Below are positions 1 through 13,200 of a stretch of 50,075 nucleotides of DNA, in pieces. The DNA lies in contig JAPEUD010000113.1 of NCBI GenBank assembly GCA_026026165.1, positions 1-50,075 on the forward strand, in the 5' to 3' direction. The notes beneath the pieces are model-generated. The model saw nothing but the letters and a program-made list of their open reading frames with translations. It did no database searches and had not been told where the DNA came from. This DNA comes from Sarea resinae (Eukaryota). Position numbers and translations under genes: made by a program. Numbering within the stretch: the stretch's first letter is position 1; every line of letters starts with the position of its first letter.

Positions 1-77
1 TCTATTGTAAACGAAGATTGCGAAGCAAAGGACAGAAAAAAAGGCAAGGCGCTTGATGAGACATGCTTCAATTCCGA

Positions 78-86
78 CTCCTGCTT

Positions 87-127
<41 letters not shown>

Positions 128-128
128 T
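78..128. repeat. (CTCCTG)n hexanucleotide microsatellite, about 8 units
   Basis: ctcctgcttctgctcctgctcctg... read directly, downstream of the TSA1 stop. Confidence 0.9.
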
Positions 129-300
129 CACCGTGGCTTCGGATTCTATTCTAACCTCTCACACGTCTAAATCTCTATCTAATGACATTAATGGGGGGGG
201 GGAAGGGGCGGAATGAAATCTAATGCCTGCCGCACATGGGTGTGTCTATGGTCGCTTCGGAATCTTCGTCGCAAATTGCCTTGGTTCCCTGCCGCTCTCT

Positions 301-1074
301 CTAAGCCTTCCGGCTCGGGATCCCGTTGGCCTCTCCGTTCACCTTCTCGAAGTAGGCCTTGCTCTCGGTCGGAGTGGCCTTGATGGTCTCGGCACCAGGG
401 TTCCAGTTGGCCGGGCACACTTCGCCGTACTCGTCCGTGAACTTGAAGGCGTCGATCAGGCGGAGAGCCTCGTCGACGCTGCGGCCGACGGGGAGGTCGT
501 TGATGGTGATCTGTTTTGCATATCAGCGAGTCTGTCTGCATTGTAAATTGCCCAACAGCAAAAAGCACATACCTGTCTCAGGACGCCCTTGGGGTCGATC
601 AGGAACATTCCGCGGAGAGCGACGCCGGCCTCCTCGATCAGCACGCCGTAGTCCTTGCTGATGGAGTGGTTCTTGTCGCTCAGCAGCGGCGTCTTGACCT
701 CGCCCAGGCCGCCGTTCTTGCGCGGCGTCTGGCTCCACGAGAGCAGCGAGTACTCGGAGTCGGTGCTGGCGCAGATGACCTGGGCGCCGCGGGCGGCGAA
801 TTGGGGGGTCGCCTCGCTGAACGCAATGATCTCAGTCGGGCACACAAAGGTCCAGGCCATGGGCACGAAGACGAGGATCGTCCATTTGCCGGCGGCAGAG
901 TATGAGGACAGGGAGATTTCTGTTTCGCAGCGAGTCAGTCTCGTCATACAATGAATGCACAGGAATGTTGAGGGGGGGAGATTTTGTACCCTCGAACGTG
1001 CCGTCGACCACAGCCGTGCCCTGGAAGGCAGGGGCGGGATGCTGAACGCGAGCCTTGGGAGTGTAGGAGGCCAT
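301..1074 (-). CDS. TSA1: Typical 2-Cys peroxiredoxin (Prx1/AhpC family), 3 exons (1074-990, 919-573, 510-301)
   Basis: Spliced product has [13 protein letters not shown] (peroxidatic Cys), [33 protein letters not shown] (resolving Cys) and a YF motif; GT..AG introns. Confidence 0.93.
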
Positions 1075-2183
1075 TGTGACGGAATGGATGAATTTGAGTA
1101 GTGTGTGGGGGTGTGCTTGGACGGGAACGGAGGGCAAGAAATGTCAATTCGAAGAGGTTGAGACGAGACGGGACGGGGTGGAGTGGGAGCGTGCGGGCCG
1201 ATTGATATATGTACGGAGTACGTATGAGAAGCTAGAGTACTTGAGTGGACGGGCAACCTACCATGTAAGTCAGGGCGGTCAGGGAACGGGAAGTCAGAGT
1301 AAGGTAAGGGAAGGGAAGGGAAGGGAAGGTATGTATGGGATGGGATGTCGGTATGCAGGCGGGCAGTGCCTCAGGTCTGTCGGTATGTACTGCGTCGAGA
1401 AGGTCTCGCAGCTTACGGAAGAGACCGACAGAGACCGCCAAACCCGTGCAGATGGACCCGTCGATTTGTCCTCGATGGGTTCTGGAAAGCTCAACGGCCC
1501 TGCATGTTAGATAATCCGTTGATAATCCGTTGGTCGCGCGAGGTACGGAGCACACCAGTACCGCCGTGCACCAGGACACACCACACCGTCACTGACGATC
1601 GTGGCGAGAGGTACTCAGAGTCATGGTACTCCTCCCAGCCGTGGATCTGCTTGACTCGGCCCAACTTTGGCCAAGGTGTTGCCCCCACTCGCATGACACA
1701 ACCACTGGGGACTGGGGACTTGGGGCTTATCAACCTGCAATGGATCGAAATGGATCGAAATGGACCCAAATGGATGGCGAACACCTATGCAGTACTCTAC
1801 TCGTACTCAACTGCGGTATCCATTACCACTTCACTCTCTCTCTTACTCATCTCTCGTTCTCGTCTCTCGTCTCATCAAAGTCAAAGTTTCAAGTCCGATG
1901 CCGCAGGCGCTGACTCATCTGTTCCTTGACCACTGCAGGTACGAGGTACATGTACCTGAGGTGCTGCCGTACTCCGTAGTCGTCGCAAATCTACTCAGAG
2001 TAGATCCATCCATACAGTATCAGATGTGATTACTAAGCGCATCGCTGGCCGGAGGTGCTCGAACCCGATGTATCTCTCACCTCGACATCCAGCTGGATCC
2101 ACTGAGCTTTCATCAAACAATTCGATCATTAGTCACAATCAAGGCCACCAGAGGCTGAGAGTCAGGCTGACTGCTGCTTCGAC

Positions 2184-3719
2184 ATGCCTCCTGCGGCGCG
2201 AAAGCCGTCCGACGTGTCGGCCGCATCCAAGGAAAAGAACGAATACATCCCCAACTTGTGAGTCGATCACCGCGCTTGCTCGAGCAAGATCGAATACTAA
2301 CCGCACCGCAGCATCTCCAAACGGCCCTTCTATGTCGCCGACGATGACTCCACGGCCGATTACCTCGAGCATCAACGTCTCCAGAAAGCCGCCCCGGATT
2401 CCTCGAAATGGTACGACCGCGGCAAGAAGCTCGGCCCCGCCGCCACCAAGTACCGCAAAGGCGCCTGCGAGAACTGCGGCGCCATGACGCACAAAACAAA
2501 AGAATGCCTCAGCAGGCCGCGGAAGCAAGGCGCCAAGTGGACGGGCAAGGACATCCAGGCGGATGAGATCGTGCAAGAGGTCGAGCTGGGCTGGGACGCC
2601 AAGCGGGATCGGTGGAATGGGTATGATACGTCCGAGTACAAAGCCGTGACGGAGGAGTATCAACGGATCGAGGAGCTGAGACGGCAGGCCAAGCTCAAGG
2701 CAGATGAAGAGCAGGGGGCCCTCGACGATGGCGAGGAGGAAGGCGAGAGCAGAAACGAGGAAGCCCGCTACGCCGAAGAATCAGACATGGGCCGCCACCA
2801 AAGCACCGCGACGCGAAACCTGCGCATCCGAGAAGACACGGCCAAATACCTCCTCAACCTTGACCTCGACTCGGCCAAATACGACCCCAAAACACGTTCC
2901 ATGGTCGATAGCGGCGCTACCGCCGATCAAGCCGCCGCCCTCGTCGCCGAAGATAACTTCATGCGTGCCTCGGGAGACGCGGCCGAGTTCGAAAGGGCCC
3001 AGAAATACGCATGGGAGACACAGGAGCGCGGGGACAAGAACAAGCAGCATCTGCAAGCCAATCCCACGTCTGGGGAGTACTTCCGGAAGAAGGAGCGCGA
3101 AGAGGCCGAAGCGAAACGCGAGGCGCATCGGAAGGTGCTGCTGGAAAAGTACGGCGGCGAGCAACACCTGCAGCCGACGCCATTGCGACAGGTTGCCGTG
3201 ACAGAGTCGGAACGCTACATTGAATACGACGAGACAGGCGCGATCAAAGGCACCCCCAAATTGGCTGCCAAGTCCAAGTATCCCGAGGATGTCTTGATCA
3301 ATAACCACCAGTCCGTCTGGGGGAGCTGGTGGTCCGATTTCAGGTGGGGCTATGCGTGCTGTCATTCGACGGTCAAGAACAGCTACTGTACAGGCGAGCA
3401 GGGCAAGAGGGCTTTCGAGGAGGCCGATAAGCTGCGTACCGGTGGCGTCCTGGAAGATGAAGCTCGGCAGAAAGAGATCGAGTGGAATAAGGACGATGCT
3501 GGCAAATTGCCGGCAGACGACGAGGCTGCCAAGGAGACTCCGAAGGAGCTCAAGGAGATTCGAAAAGATGGATCGGATGACGCCAAAGCGAAAAAGAGAA
3601 CGCTGGAGGAGATGAAAGGCGGGATAGGAGAGGATGAGCTCGAAGAATATCGTCGGAAGAGGACCGTGGCAGATGACCCCATGGCGGCTTTCTTGGGCAA
3701 GGATGAGCTGGTGCATTGA
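2184..3719 (+). CDS. SLU7: Pre-mRNA splicing factor Slu7 (intron about 2258-2311)
   Basis: NEYIPNFISKRPFY, zinc knuckle [57 protein letters not shown]. Confidence 0.93.
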
Positions 3720-3943
3720 AAAACGGCTACATTGAATATGGTTTCGGCGTTTGGGCGATGTTTTAGTCTTAGATTTACCCATGGTAGGAGTTCTCTGAAA
3801 TGAATCTACGAATGAACAATCGACTTCAAAAGAGCATCACTTTGAGAGAGAAACTTAGAATTGCAGGGAGTAAATTACAATCCTAATTCCATTTGACAAC
3901 ATGAGCTCATAGCTTTTCCTTGCCGAACGCTGAGGGATGCCAT

Positions 3944-4769
3944 CTATTCCTCATCTTCCTCGTCCTCACCCTCATCCTTCTTCTCCGCGGCCTTCGCCTT
4001 CTTTCTCCGAACACGACCGGGGCGCCCACCACCAAACGGCGAGCTGAGAGCGAAGTCGATGTGCTTCTGGGAGTCGAGACGGACGACGAACGAGGGGACG
4101 TTGACGATCTGCTTGCCGACACTATACATCATGTCAATCTTCCATTCTAGCCATGACCGTATTGGGAGATTTCCTACCGGATATGTCGCTGTCTGATCAA
4201 GACACGGGCGTGGTGGATGGACTTGGCCAGACCGAGCTTGTAGACGCAAGTCTGTAGACGGCGCTCCAAGAAATCCTCGACCTTGAGAGCCAACACGTAA
4301 TCGAGCTTCATGCGCGACTCATCGAGCACACCGACACGGACGAGACGGCGAATGAGAGCATTTCCTTCGAAGAGACGCTTGGGGTCCTTCTCGTCAAGGG
4401 TGAGCAGTTGACTGTTGCGCCAAGAAATCAGTTTCCGAAAGATTGAACCTGCGTTATTTCGAGAAGGCATACCGAGCGGCACGTCGAATCTTGGAGAGAG
4501 TGAGCTGGACACGCCACACTTCACGCTTGTTGCGGAGACCGTATTCGCCGACAATCTTCAATTCAGAGTCCCTACAGCGATGATTAGTTTCAGACTCATC
4601 GACGTAAGCAGAGACAAGCTCATGCTCAGTGGCCGGGAACTACTGACAGACGAGCCGACTCGAATGCTATGAAGTTGATTAGAAGCTGCGTACAAACTCA
4701 GTTCCGTGATCTGGACGACTTACGACGACGGGGGACCTTGTAGGTCTTGGAGTAGGATCGCGGCGCCAT
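3944..4769 (-). CDS. RPS9: 40S ribosomal protein S9 (uS4), 5 exons incl. a 19-nt microexon 4666-4648
   Basis: [78 protein letters not shown]. Confidence 0.96.
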
Positions 4770-5083
4770 GATTGCAATCCGAGAGGCGATCAGAAGTTGC
4801 TGATCGTCGAATTGATGTTGGCGACGAGGTGTCCGGCGGTTGTCGTTGTCGTGGTCGGGATGGTCGCTTGGAGTTCGCAAGTCGGCGAATTCGCGATGTG
4901 TGAAGGAAAGAACAGTCTTCGCTTAGCCGGGCCTTGGCATTTTTAGGGCTCACACGTCGCTTAAACTTTTGGGGCAACCGAACCGCGGGCACCTACACAG
5001 GCAGCGAACCCGAGCGCACATCGTGAACTTCGACAACCAACCCGACAACATCACGACTCGACACCCCATTAGACACCGACAAG
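4770..5083. promoter_or_regulatory. Short bidirectional promoter and leaders shared by RPS9 and RPL21
   Basis: 314 bp between divergent ATGs; contains TTAGGGCT (4943-4950) and GCTTAGCC (4921-4928). Confidence 0.7.
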
Positions 5084-5792
5084 ATGGGTCACGCCGCTGG
5101 TCTCAGAGCCGGTACTCGGGTATGCTGATACTTGACCTTTGCGATGGAGAGGATGATTGTTAACCCTGTTTAGTATGCCTTCTCGCGCGACTTCAAGAAG
5201 AAGGGTATGATCCCTCTGTCGACCTACCTTAAGCAATACAAGTATGCGATCGCCCCAGAAAATTCGGTTCGAGACTTCGGATTATTGACAGGTTCTCAGG
5301 GTTGGCGACATTGTGGATATCAAAGTGAACGGTGCCGTCCAGAAGGGGTCAGTGATCAAATTCCGATTTCTCGTCCTCCCGTGTACAGATTCTATGGATT
5401 GCGCACTCGAAACATATTGCGGGGATTGATTTTGGAGAGCGAATTACTGAGATTCGAATAGTATGCCCCACAAGGTCTACCACGGAAAGACCGGAGTCGT
5501 CTACAACGTCACCAAGAGCGCCGTCGGTGTCATCATCTACAAGCGTGTCCGCAACCGGTTCATCGAGAAGCGTGTCAATGTCCGCATCGAGCACATCTCC
5601 AAGTCAAGATCGCGAGAGGAGTTCATTCGCCGTGTGAAGACCAACGCTGAGAAGAAGGTGGTCGCCAAGACTGAGGGCACCCACATGTTCCTGAAGAGAC
5701 AGCCAGCGATGCCGCGGGAGGCACGGACGATCAGCACGAAGGACAACAAGCCAGAAAGCATTACCCCCATTCCTTACGATACGGCTATTTAG
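5084..5792 (+). CDS. RPL21: 60S ribosomal protein L21 (eL21), 4 exons
   Basis: [71 protein letters not shown]. Confidence 0.96.
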
Positions 5793-6760
5793 TTTGGGGT
5801 TGTTTTACTGTGGTGTGGCATGCGGAGTATCTCAAGAGCTGGGGCCGGAAGCTGAATTACAATCAAAAAGCTATGTTACATAACTTGAGAATGGAGCTGG
5901 CTTGGGGGAGTGGAGAAGGCTCTCTCTGCCGATGAAAAGCTTCTATATCTTGACTGCAAGCAACTGGCGACATGATATTCAATGATCAAAGACCTCATTT
6001 CTCGCCGTCCCTAGCCGATTGAAGTGGATTATTTACAATGATTTTGCACATGACAGCATGTCCCATCACCGATCATGATTCTTTCTCTGGCCATTGTCGA
6101 ATACCAGTGCAGTCATGCCTTATTTCAGGAATAGCGATCGCCAACAGAAAAATTCCGCCATCTTTACCTAGGAAACATAACTTGTCTACGCAATACAACA
6201 CGGCCGAAGAGCTGCAAACTGTGATGGATCTCCACGTAGATACAGTCCGGGTGCAAGTCTTTCGTGCCAGCGGCCCAGTAACATTCTATTCTGCGTAGTG
6301 TCTGTAGCGACCAAGCAAGCTCGCAAAATATCAACACCGAAGAACATTTGAGGCTGCCTTGCGAATGAGTGTCGTTGTGGAGCACTCCATGGGCCAAAAG
6401 ACCTTTCAATCACTATTCCGTTCTCTTCGTGTCATTTCAGCGAATGGTAACTCTGGAGTGGCAGTTTCTACTCCCGGGTTTATGGTGATGATTGCATTAA
6501 TTTGACGTGTACTTCGTAATTCGTACCTCGCAGACGACATCACTGCGCGCGACCAACTTTCTCTCAAAGCTGTCTGGTCATTCAGCTCGTGATAACATCT
6601 CAGATTTTTCTTCTACCACAGGAGTTCTCTTTTTTCCAAGCCCTCGGCGGACTCTTTGAGCGGCCTGTTTATTCCTCTTCTCATATTCATTCCGTACTAT
6701 TTTCTCGGCCTATGTTTTGAATTGGTTCGAGGACCTCTGTGTTCTCGCCGTCGTCCTTTA

Positions 6761-8082
6761 ATGACCTTCTCCACAACTTCCAGCACGCAGTCGCAGACGC
6801 AGCAACAGGAGAAACATCTTGACTTTCGTCAAAGCCCACTTTCACAGTCAAGAGAGACCGGTGATGTCTTGCCAGCAGATGATCTCGATCGAGCTCCGAT
6901 AGCAAAAAGGGAATTCCCTGTGGGCAAATCATGGGCACATTTTGTCGCAGGCGGGTGAGCTTATCCTGATACTCAATAATCAGCTCTCTTATTCTATCCG
7001 GAGCTGACGATGATTTCTCTCAGTGTCGGAGGGATGACAGCCGCCTTTCTCACCTCCCCCCTCGACGTCCTCAAAACCCGCTTACAATCTGACTTTTACC
7101 AATCCCAACTTGTCGCCTCCCGCGCCGCCCGCAACATTCCTCCTCCATCACAGCTCCCGTTCACCCGCAGTGCGCTCCTCCACTTCCGTGAAACCTTCCA
7201 AATCCTCTTCTCTATCCATCGCGTCGAAGGCTGGCGCGCGCTCTTCAAGGGTCTTGGCCCCAACCTCACGGGCGTTGTCCCCGCCCGCGCCATCAACTTC
7301 TACACTTACGGCAACGGCAAACGCATCATCAGCAATCACTTCAACAACGGCCAAGAAGCCGCATGGGTACATCTTTGCGCGGCCGCCACAGCGGGTATTG
7401 TAACCAGCACAGCTACGAATCCCGTCTGGATGGTCAAAACCCGGCTGCAGCTCGACAAGTCACATGCGGAGAAGTCCGGCTCACCGCAGCTGCACCGACA
7501 GTATAAAAATTCTTTTGATTGTACGATGCAAATCTTGCGTCAGGAGGGCATCAAGGGACTCTACCGTGGACTCAGCGCCAGTTATCTGGGTGTCAGCGAG
7601 AGTACCATGCAATGGGTGCTGTACGAACAGATGAAGATGTTCCTGGCGCGGCGCGAACAGCGCATGCTGGCATCGGGCCGGGTGCGCACGACATGGGACC
7701 AGACGGTTGACTGGGTGGGCAAGATCGGCGCCGCGGGGAGCGCAAAGTTCTTCGCGGCCATCATTACCTATCCTCATGAAGTACGTTTTACGCTTTTTCC
7801 GTTCATTTACCCACTTTTACCCCCCTCCACACCTACCTGTACGTGATAGCTAATGCGACTTCTCATCAGGTCGTACGCACCCGCCTCCGACAAGCGCCGA
7901 CCCAGAACGGCCAGCTCAAATACACAGGCTTGATCCAATGCTTCAGCCTGATCTGGAAGGAAGAAGGTTTCGCCTCCATGTACGGCGGCTTGACGCCACA
8001 TCTGCTCCGCGTGGTGCCGAGCGCGGCCATCATGTTCGGCACATACGAGGTTATTCTGAACTGGTTTGGCGTGGATGCTTAG
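6761..8082 (+). CDS. RIM2: Mitochondrial carrier, pyrimidine nucleotide transporter type, 3 exons
   Basis: Three PX(D/E/W)XXKXR-type repeats (PLDVLKTRLQ, PVWMVKTRLQ, PHEVVRTRLRQ), SWAHFVAGG, GLGPNLTGVVPARAINF, GLSASYLG. Confidence 0.88.
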
Positions 8083-8953
8083 AAGCCGGAAAAAAAAAGG
8101 AAAGGCTCAGGTCCACTGGCAGGCAAAAGGGAGTGGTGTATCTGGTATTTTTATCAAAGACAATCCATGTATTTCTAATTTCGATCCGGTGCGATGTGGT
8201 GCGACGCGGTGTGGTGTGCTACGGTGTGCTACGGTGTGCTAGACTAGACATCTTATCGTCCTTGTGGACTTTATCCCCTCTGATCCTGACTTGATTGTGA
8301 CTTGACTATGACTTGATTCTGACTTGATTGACTCCTTTTACTGAACTAGATATGATTCAACTTGCTTGATGAATGGACGGATGCCACACATCTGATGGGA
8401 TACATACAGTTAGAGGAGAGCAGGGAGAGGGATGATATAGATGCCGAGTGCGTTCATGGGTGATGTGGCTGCAAATCAGTCGAAAAAGGAAATAATGACG
8501 CGAGAGAGAAGCGCGAATCGAAGGCTAGAAAGGCGAGCGAGATGACGGAAAGGGAAAATGGGGGGGGAAAAAGGGAAAGGAAAAGGAAAAAAACAAAAAG
8601 GGAGCCGAGGAGCAAAAGAGAAAAGCATGGAGAGAATAAAAACATCCGCCACAAATAGTCGGACAGACGGATGGAGGCGCCCCGTTTCCCCCTATCCCTC
8701 GGAATTCTCCTCCCCTCCAAGCCCTCGGAAAGAGAAAAGATGATAGAGCTTGGTATGTATGATATGTTCAATGTCCGTAACGGCTACATGAGCCGTATTC
8801 ATGTCTTCATCGTCTAGATCGGATGGGCATCTGTGTCGGTCCCTTTTTACCCCCCATGCTGATCGCTCTCATTCGCGTGCGCCTTCGTCGTCCTGCGATG
8901 AAGAACTTCAGCCACCCTACGGCCTCTCCGTTTCCGTCTGCACTGCCATCGTT

Positions 8954-9615
8954 TCACCACGAGTTCCTATCCCAATTCGGGTCTACATGAATCAGCCCAG
9001 CCACTCGAACCCTTTACCGGCTCACCTGACGTGAACCAAAGGGGCCAACTTACCCTGCACGAATCCCGCTAGCACCTTGCTCCCGGTCTGCAGTAACGGA
9101 TGGCCGACGACGATCTGCAAGAACCGCTGCAACCCCTCCCGTCGGTGCTCGATCACATCGTCGCTGAACCGGTTCGTAAACACCTTCCCCGGCAGCGGGG
9201 GGATCGTCACGCGCGCACTCTCGCGCTCCAGGATGTCGCGGAAGTACTCGAAGTCCGAGTAGCGGCGGCGCACGGACGAGGATTTGAGCTTGAAGGCTGG
9301 GATGTTGGTGCGGCAGAGGATTTCGTAGTCCGTGTACATGTGACGGCCGAAGCCGTGGGTCTGGGGGTTGGTTACCTGAGGCGCATGGAGGGTTAGATCA
9401 AGTAGCTTGTCTGGCAGACGGGCGACGTTGGAAGCGGTAGAACGGGCACGGCTGTTGTTGTGTGTAAAGGAGGGTGCGACACAGGGGGAGGAAAACGCAG
9501 GTGCAGGACGTACTTCTATCTCGAGGAAATTCTCGGGCTCGCCGTAGATCTCGTCGAAGCTCTGTTGGTGCCTTTCTGGGAGAGTGGGCGTGATGGGCCC
9601 GGGCATGGCTTGCAT
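8954..9615 (-). CDS. SNX3: Sorting nexin-3 (PX domain), 3 exons
   Basis: [73 protein letters not shown]. Confidence 0.93.
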
Positions 9616-10224
9616 GGTGGCCGATGTCTGGGATGTCTGTCGGGATACGAAGGGAAGAAGAGACAAAGATGATGCCAAGCGATGCGCCTGGTGTTGGTTC
9701 GTCAGGGCGCGCGGAATTGGTCTCTCCAGTAGCAGCCCTGGAGGTGATTGTGAGTGGGAGTGGAAGGGAAGAGCGGAGATGTCTCGAGGGTTCTGATGTC
9801 GTGGTCGTATGCTCTGCGGCAGAGGCTCTTCGGGCTTGAGGTTGACGTGCATGGTTTAGTCGCAGTGGAGTGTGGAGGTCCAAGGTGGGGGGGCCCGCGG
9901 CGGTCAAAGGTTTCGCCGACGAAGCTTCTCGTGCTGAAATGGATGATTGATCCACTACTCACTATGAGTACGAAGTATTGTACCCTCACCATTGACGTAT
10001 TTCCTCGTACATGGATCCGCGCGCATCGCAAGACACTAGGTGATGCGCGACTGGCATCAACAAGCTTCACGTCATCGATGCTTTGACCGAACCATTGCTC
10101 TCTTGCATCTCATTCATCTCGACGCGATGTCTACGTCTGAGGTCTTGCTTACCTTGGCTTCAACATGACCTTACGCATATCTCGCTGTTGCTCTGGGAGC
10201 TTCCCTCCTTGAGTGCTGCCTCTT

Positions 10225-13200
10225 ATGGAGCCCTTTCGCGTTCGCCTCAATTGCGTGGACCACTACCAGGCTGCTCCCACCGAATTCGACCCTCACCTCA
10301 GACTTGGTGGTCCTGGTGGTGCTCCTCACAAATGGTCCCCCAATGTCCCGGTCATTCGCGTCTTTGGCGCAACTGAGACTGGACAAAAGGTCTGCGCTCA
10401 TATCCATGGAGCCTTACCTTACCTTTACGTTGAATACGAGGGGAGCCTAGATCCCAAAGACGGTATGAACACGACCCTCCCGACTAAAATATGGCGTTCT
10501 CATATCACCCTCAGTAAACCCTTATATCCATCGTCTTCATCTTTCGATAGACCATGCGCTCGCGATCAGCTATCGCCGCAATGCGTACGATGGCAAATCA
10601 GCATATGTGGCGCACATCACACTGGTCAAAGGCATACCGTTCTATGGATTTCACGTGGGATACAAATACTTTTTGAAGATCTACATGCTCAATCCTCTAC
10701 ATATGACGCGACTGGCGGACGTCTTGCAGCAGGGTATCATCATGAAAAGGTCTTTCCAGCCGTACGAGAGCCACCTACAGTATCTATTACAATGGATGTG
10801 CGATTACAACCTTTTTGGATGCTCGTATCTGGATTGCAAAAAGGTCAAGTTCCGCAGTCCGATACCGCAGTGGGACGAGATGGATAGCATCGTTCACCAG
10901 TGGCATGACCGCTCTATCGACCCTGAAAGGATCTCGAAAGAGGATATCCTGCCACGCCAAAGTCATTGCTCCATCGAGATTGATATTTGCGTCGAGGATA
11001 TAATGAATCGCGAAGATGTAAAGGCGAGAGACCTGCATCACGACTTTATCGAGCGGTCTAATCCGGTGACCCCGGACGAGAAACTCGTTCGCAGTATGGC
11101 CGGCTTATGGCGTGATGAGACGCGACGACGCAAGGCTAAAATGCCGGACGCGAAACCTGGGAGCAGTCCCTTTCCGCCCGAGGTATTGATATCTATGTCT
11201 GCGGAGTCACGTAGCTCTCAGCGAGGGGGCTGGATCCACGAAGATGAATATATGGAGGACTTGAGGGCTATCATAAGAGACGAACAATCAAAGAACGATG
11301 AGGATGGCATTTCCTATGATACTTTCGTGAAAAGAACGAAGTTCGAGGACCAAGTACAGACTGCCCTAGAGAGTGTTGGAGATCTATATCCTGATAGGCT
11401 CCGAAACAACGTCATCCCGGATCGAACTACAATCGGGCTACAAGAGGGCGATGGAGAGGCTGACTTGAAAGATGTTGAGGTTGATGAGTTCCGAATACCA
11501 GACCTTTCAGATAATGGCTTTCCTTACGACTCTGAAGGAGGCGACCTCGTTGACGAAGGTACGTCCATATATCCAACGTCAGAAAGCCTTCAAGGACAGA
11601 ATCATATTGGCCAAGGCATAACAAATGCCAAGTATGATGATGAGGCTCGCCCCAATGAGGATAGCTATGCCCGGCAAATTCAAGATGCATCGACCGACCA
11701 GCAGCCTAGAGAGCCAAATAGCTCTGCCGAACTGGAATCACTTGGCATTCGGAATGCTGGAGACTTCGAACATGCCGAGGATGATGAGTTTGATATTCCT
11801 CCCGACTATGCAAGTGATATATCAGGAGCAAAGGCCCGCTTGAAGAGAGTGCGCCATGGAATTTCCCGTGCTGGCGGAATAAAAAGACGACGGCTATCCT
11901 TCGAGGACCCTCCGAATGATCCAACAAAACAGACTCCTGATTTGCAGCCTGAATCATTGGCAGAAGAAAATAGGGCAGTTTCACCCATTGCGCCAGGGCA
12001 CGTAGCAGAGAAGTCAGTGGAGCTACCTACTACAGGTAGAGATCCAGCAAGGGCGCCATTGCTCTATGGCGGTCCTATCGGTGAGGCTGCTTCTCATAAT
12101 GGGCCTAGAGGGAATAAGACCTTGGGCTTTCCCGTGGTCAAGAATGCCCATGATCCGGACACAATTTTGAGGCTCAGTCAACGAAGCGCAGCATCGCAGA
12201 AGAGTGAAGGATCAAAATCAGAAAAGACTCATACATCTACTGAAGTGTCCGATAAATCAATTGGGTTGCCTACTTCTGGGACGAAAACCGGGTCTGACAC
12301 AGCGTCAGATGATACAAATCAATTATCTCCACAGGCACAAATACTTTCTGGGAGATTATACGATGCCTTTGAGCTATCGCCGGGCAATAAGCAATTCATA
12401 TATACACCTGCGGCTCCATCGACCTCTTTAGTTCTCTCAACCCTATCGGAGATAGGTCTTCCTGCTGTCATATATCAAGATGCATACTACAGCGACGAAA
12501 AGGACGTGCCCGATCGCGCAAGAGAATACGCGGGCCGAGAGTTCAAGCTTGAGAGCAAGACATTACCTTTCCTACCTGACTTTGATCCTACTGGGATGTC
12601 AGACGCCAATTTTGGTAGCAGGCAACCGATCATAGTTGACAAGCCAAGAGAAGAAGCCATTTTGAATCAGCGACGGGGTCGATGCGGACTGCTCAATTGG
12701 GAGATCGCAGCTAACCCGCCTAGTCATCATGAAGTACGTGACTGGACAAAGGAGCAAAGAGCCTTGGAAGACGAACAACAAAAGCACCAGGCAGAAGGTC
12801 TCGATAATGATGATATTGGGTACGAGAATACAGAGACACAAGCTAGGCGCCACTTGTCGCAAATCGATGGGCCAACACAGAAGCACAGACACGGGTTCAA
12901 ATTCTCCCAGAACAAGAAGAGTTCAAATATCAAACAAGAAGCGCAATACATGAGCATCATGAGCATCGAAGTTCATGTCAACACTCGGTCAAGTCTTCTT
13001 CCAAACCCAGAAGAAGATGAGATTGCTTGCATTTTCTGGTGTTTGCAATCTGACGACGAGGAACTGGAAAGCAACGGCATACGAGAGGGTACGCATGTTG
13101 GAATTCTTGCTCTGTCAAATGATGACGGCACAGGCCCAAATATCTCGACGCAGGCTGCTGTTGAGGTTTGCAAAGAATCGTCCGAGCTTGATCTTTTTAC

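Noticed and set aside
2781..3782. 333-aa antisense ORF over SLU7
   Set aside because: Mirror of a codon-biased sense gene; no motif. The same applies to antisense ORFs over SLA2, REV3 and NVJ2.
5349..5461. Possible C/D snoRNA in an RPL21 intron (GTGATCA..CTGA)
   Set aside because: C box imperfect, CTGA coincides with the branch-site region, and no terminal stem or rRNA guide was identified.
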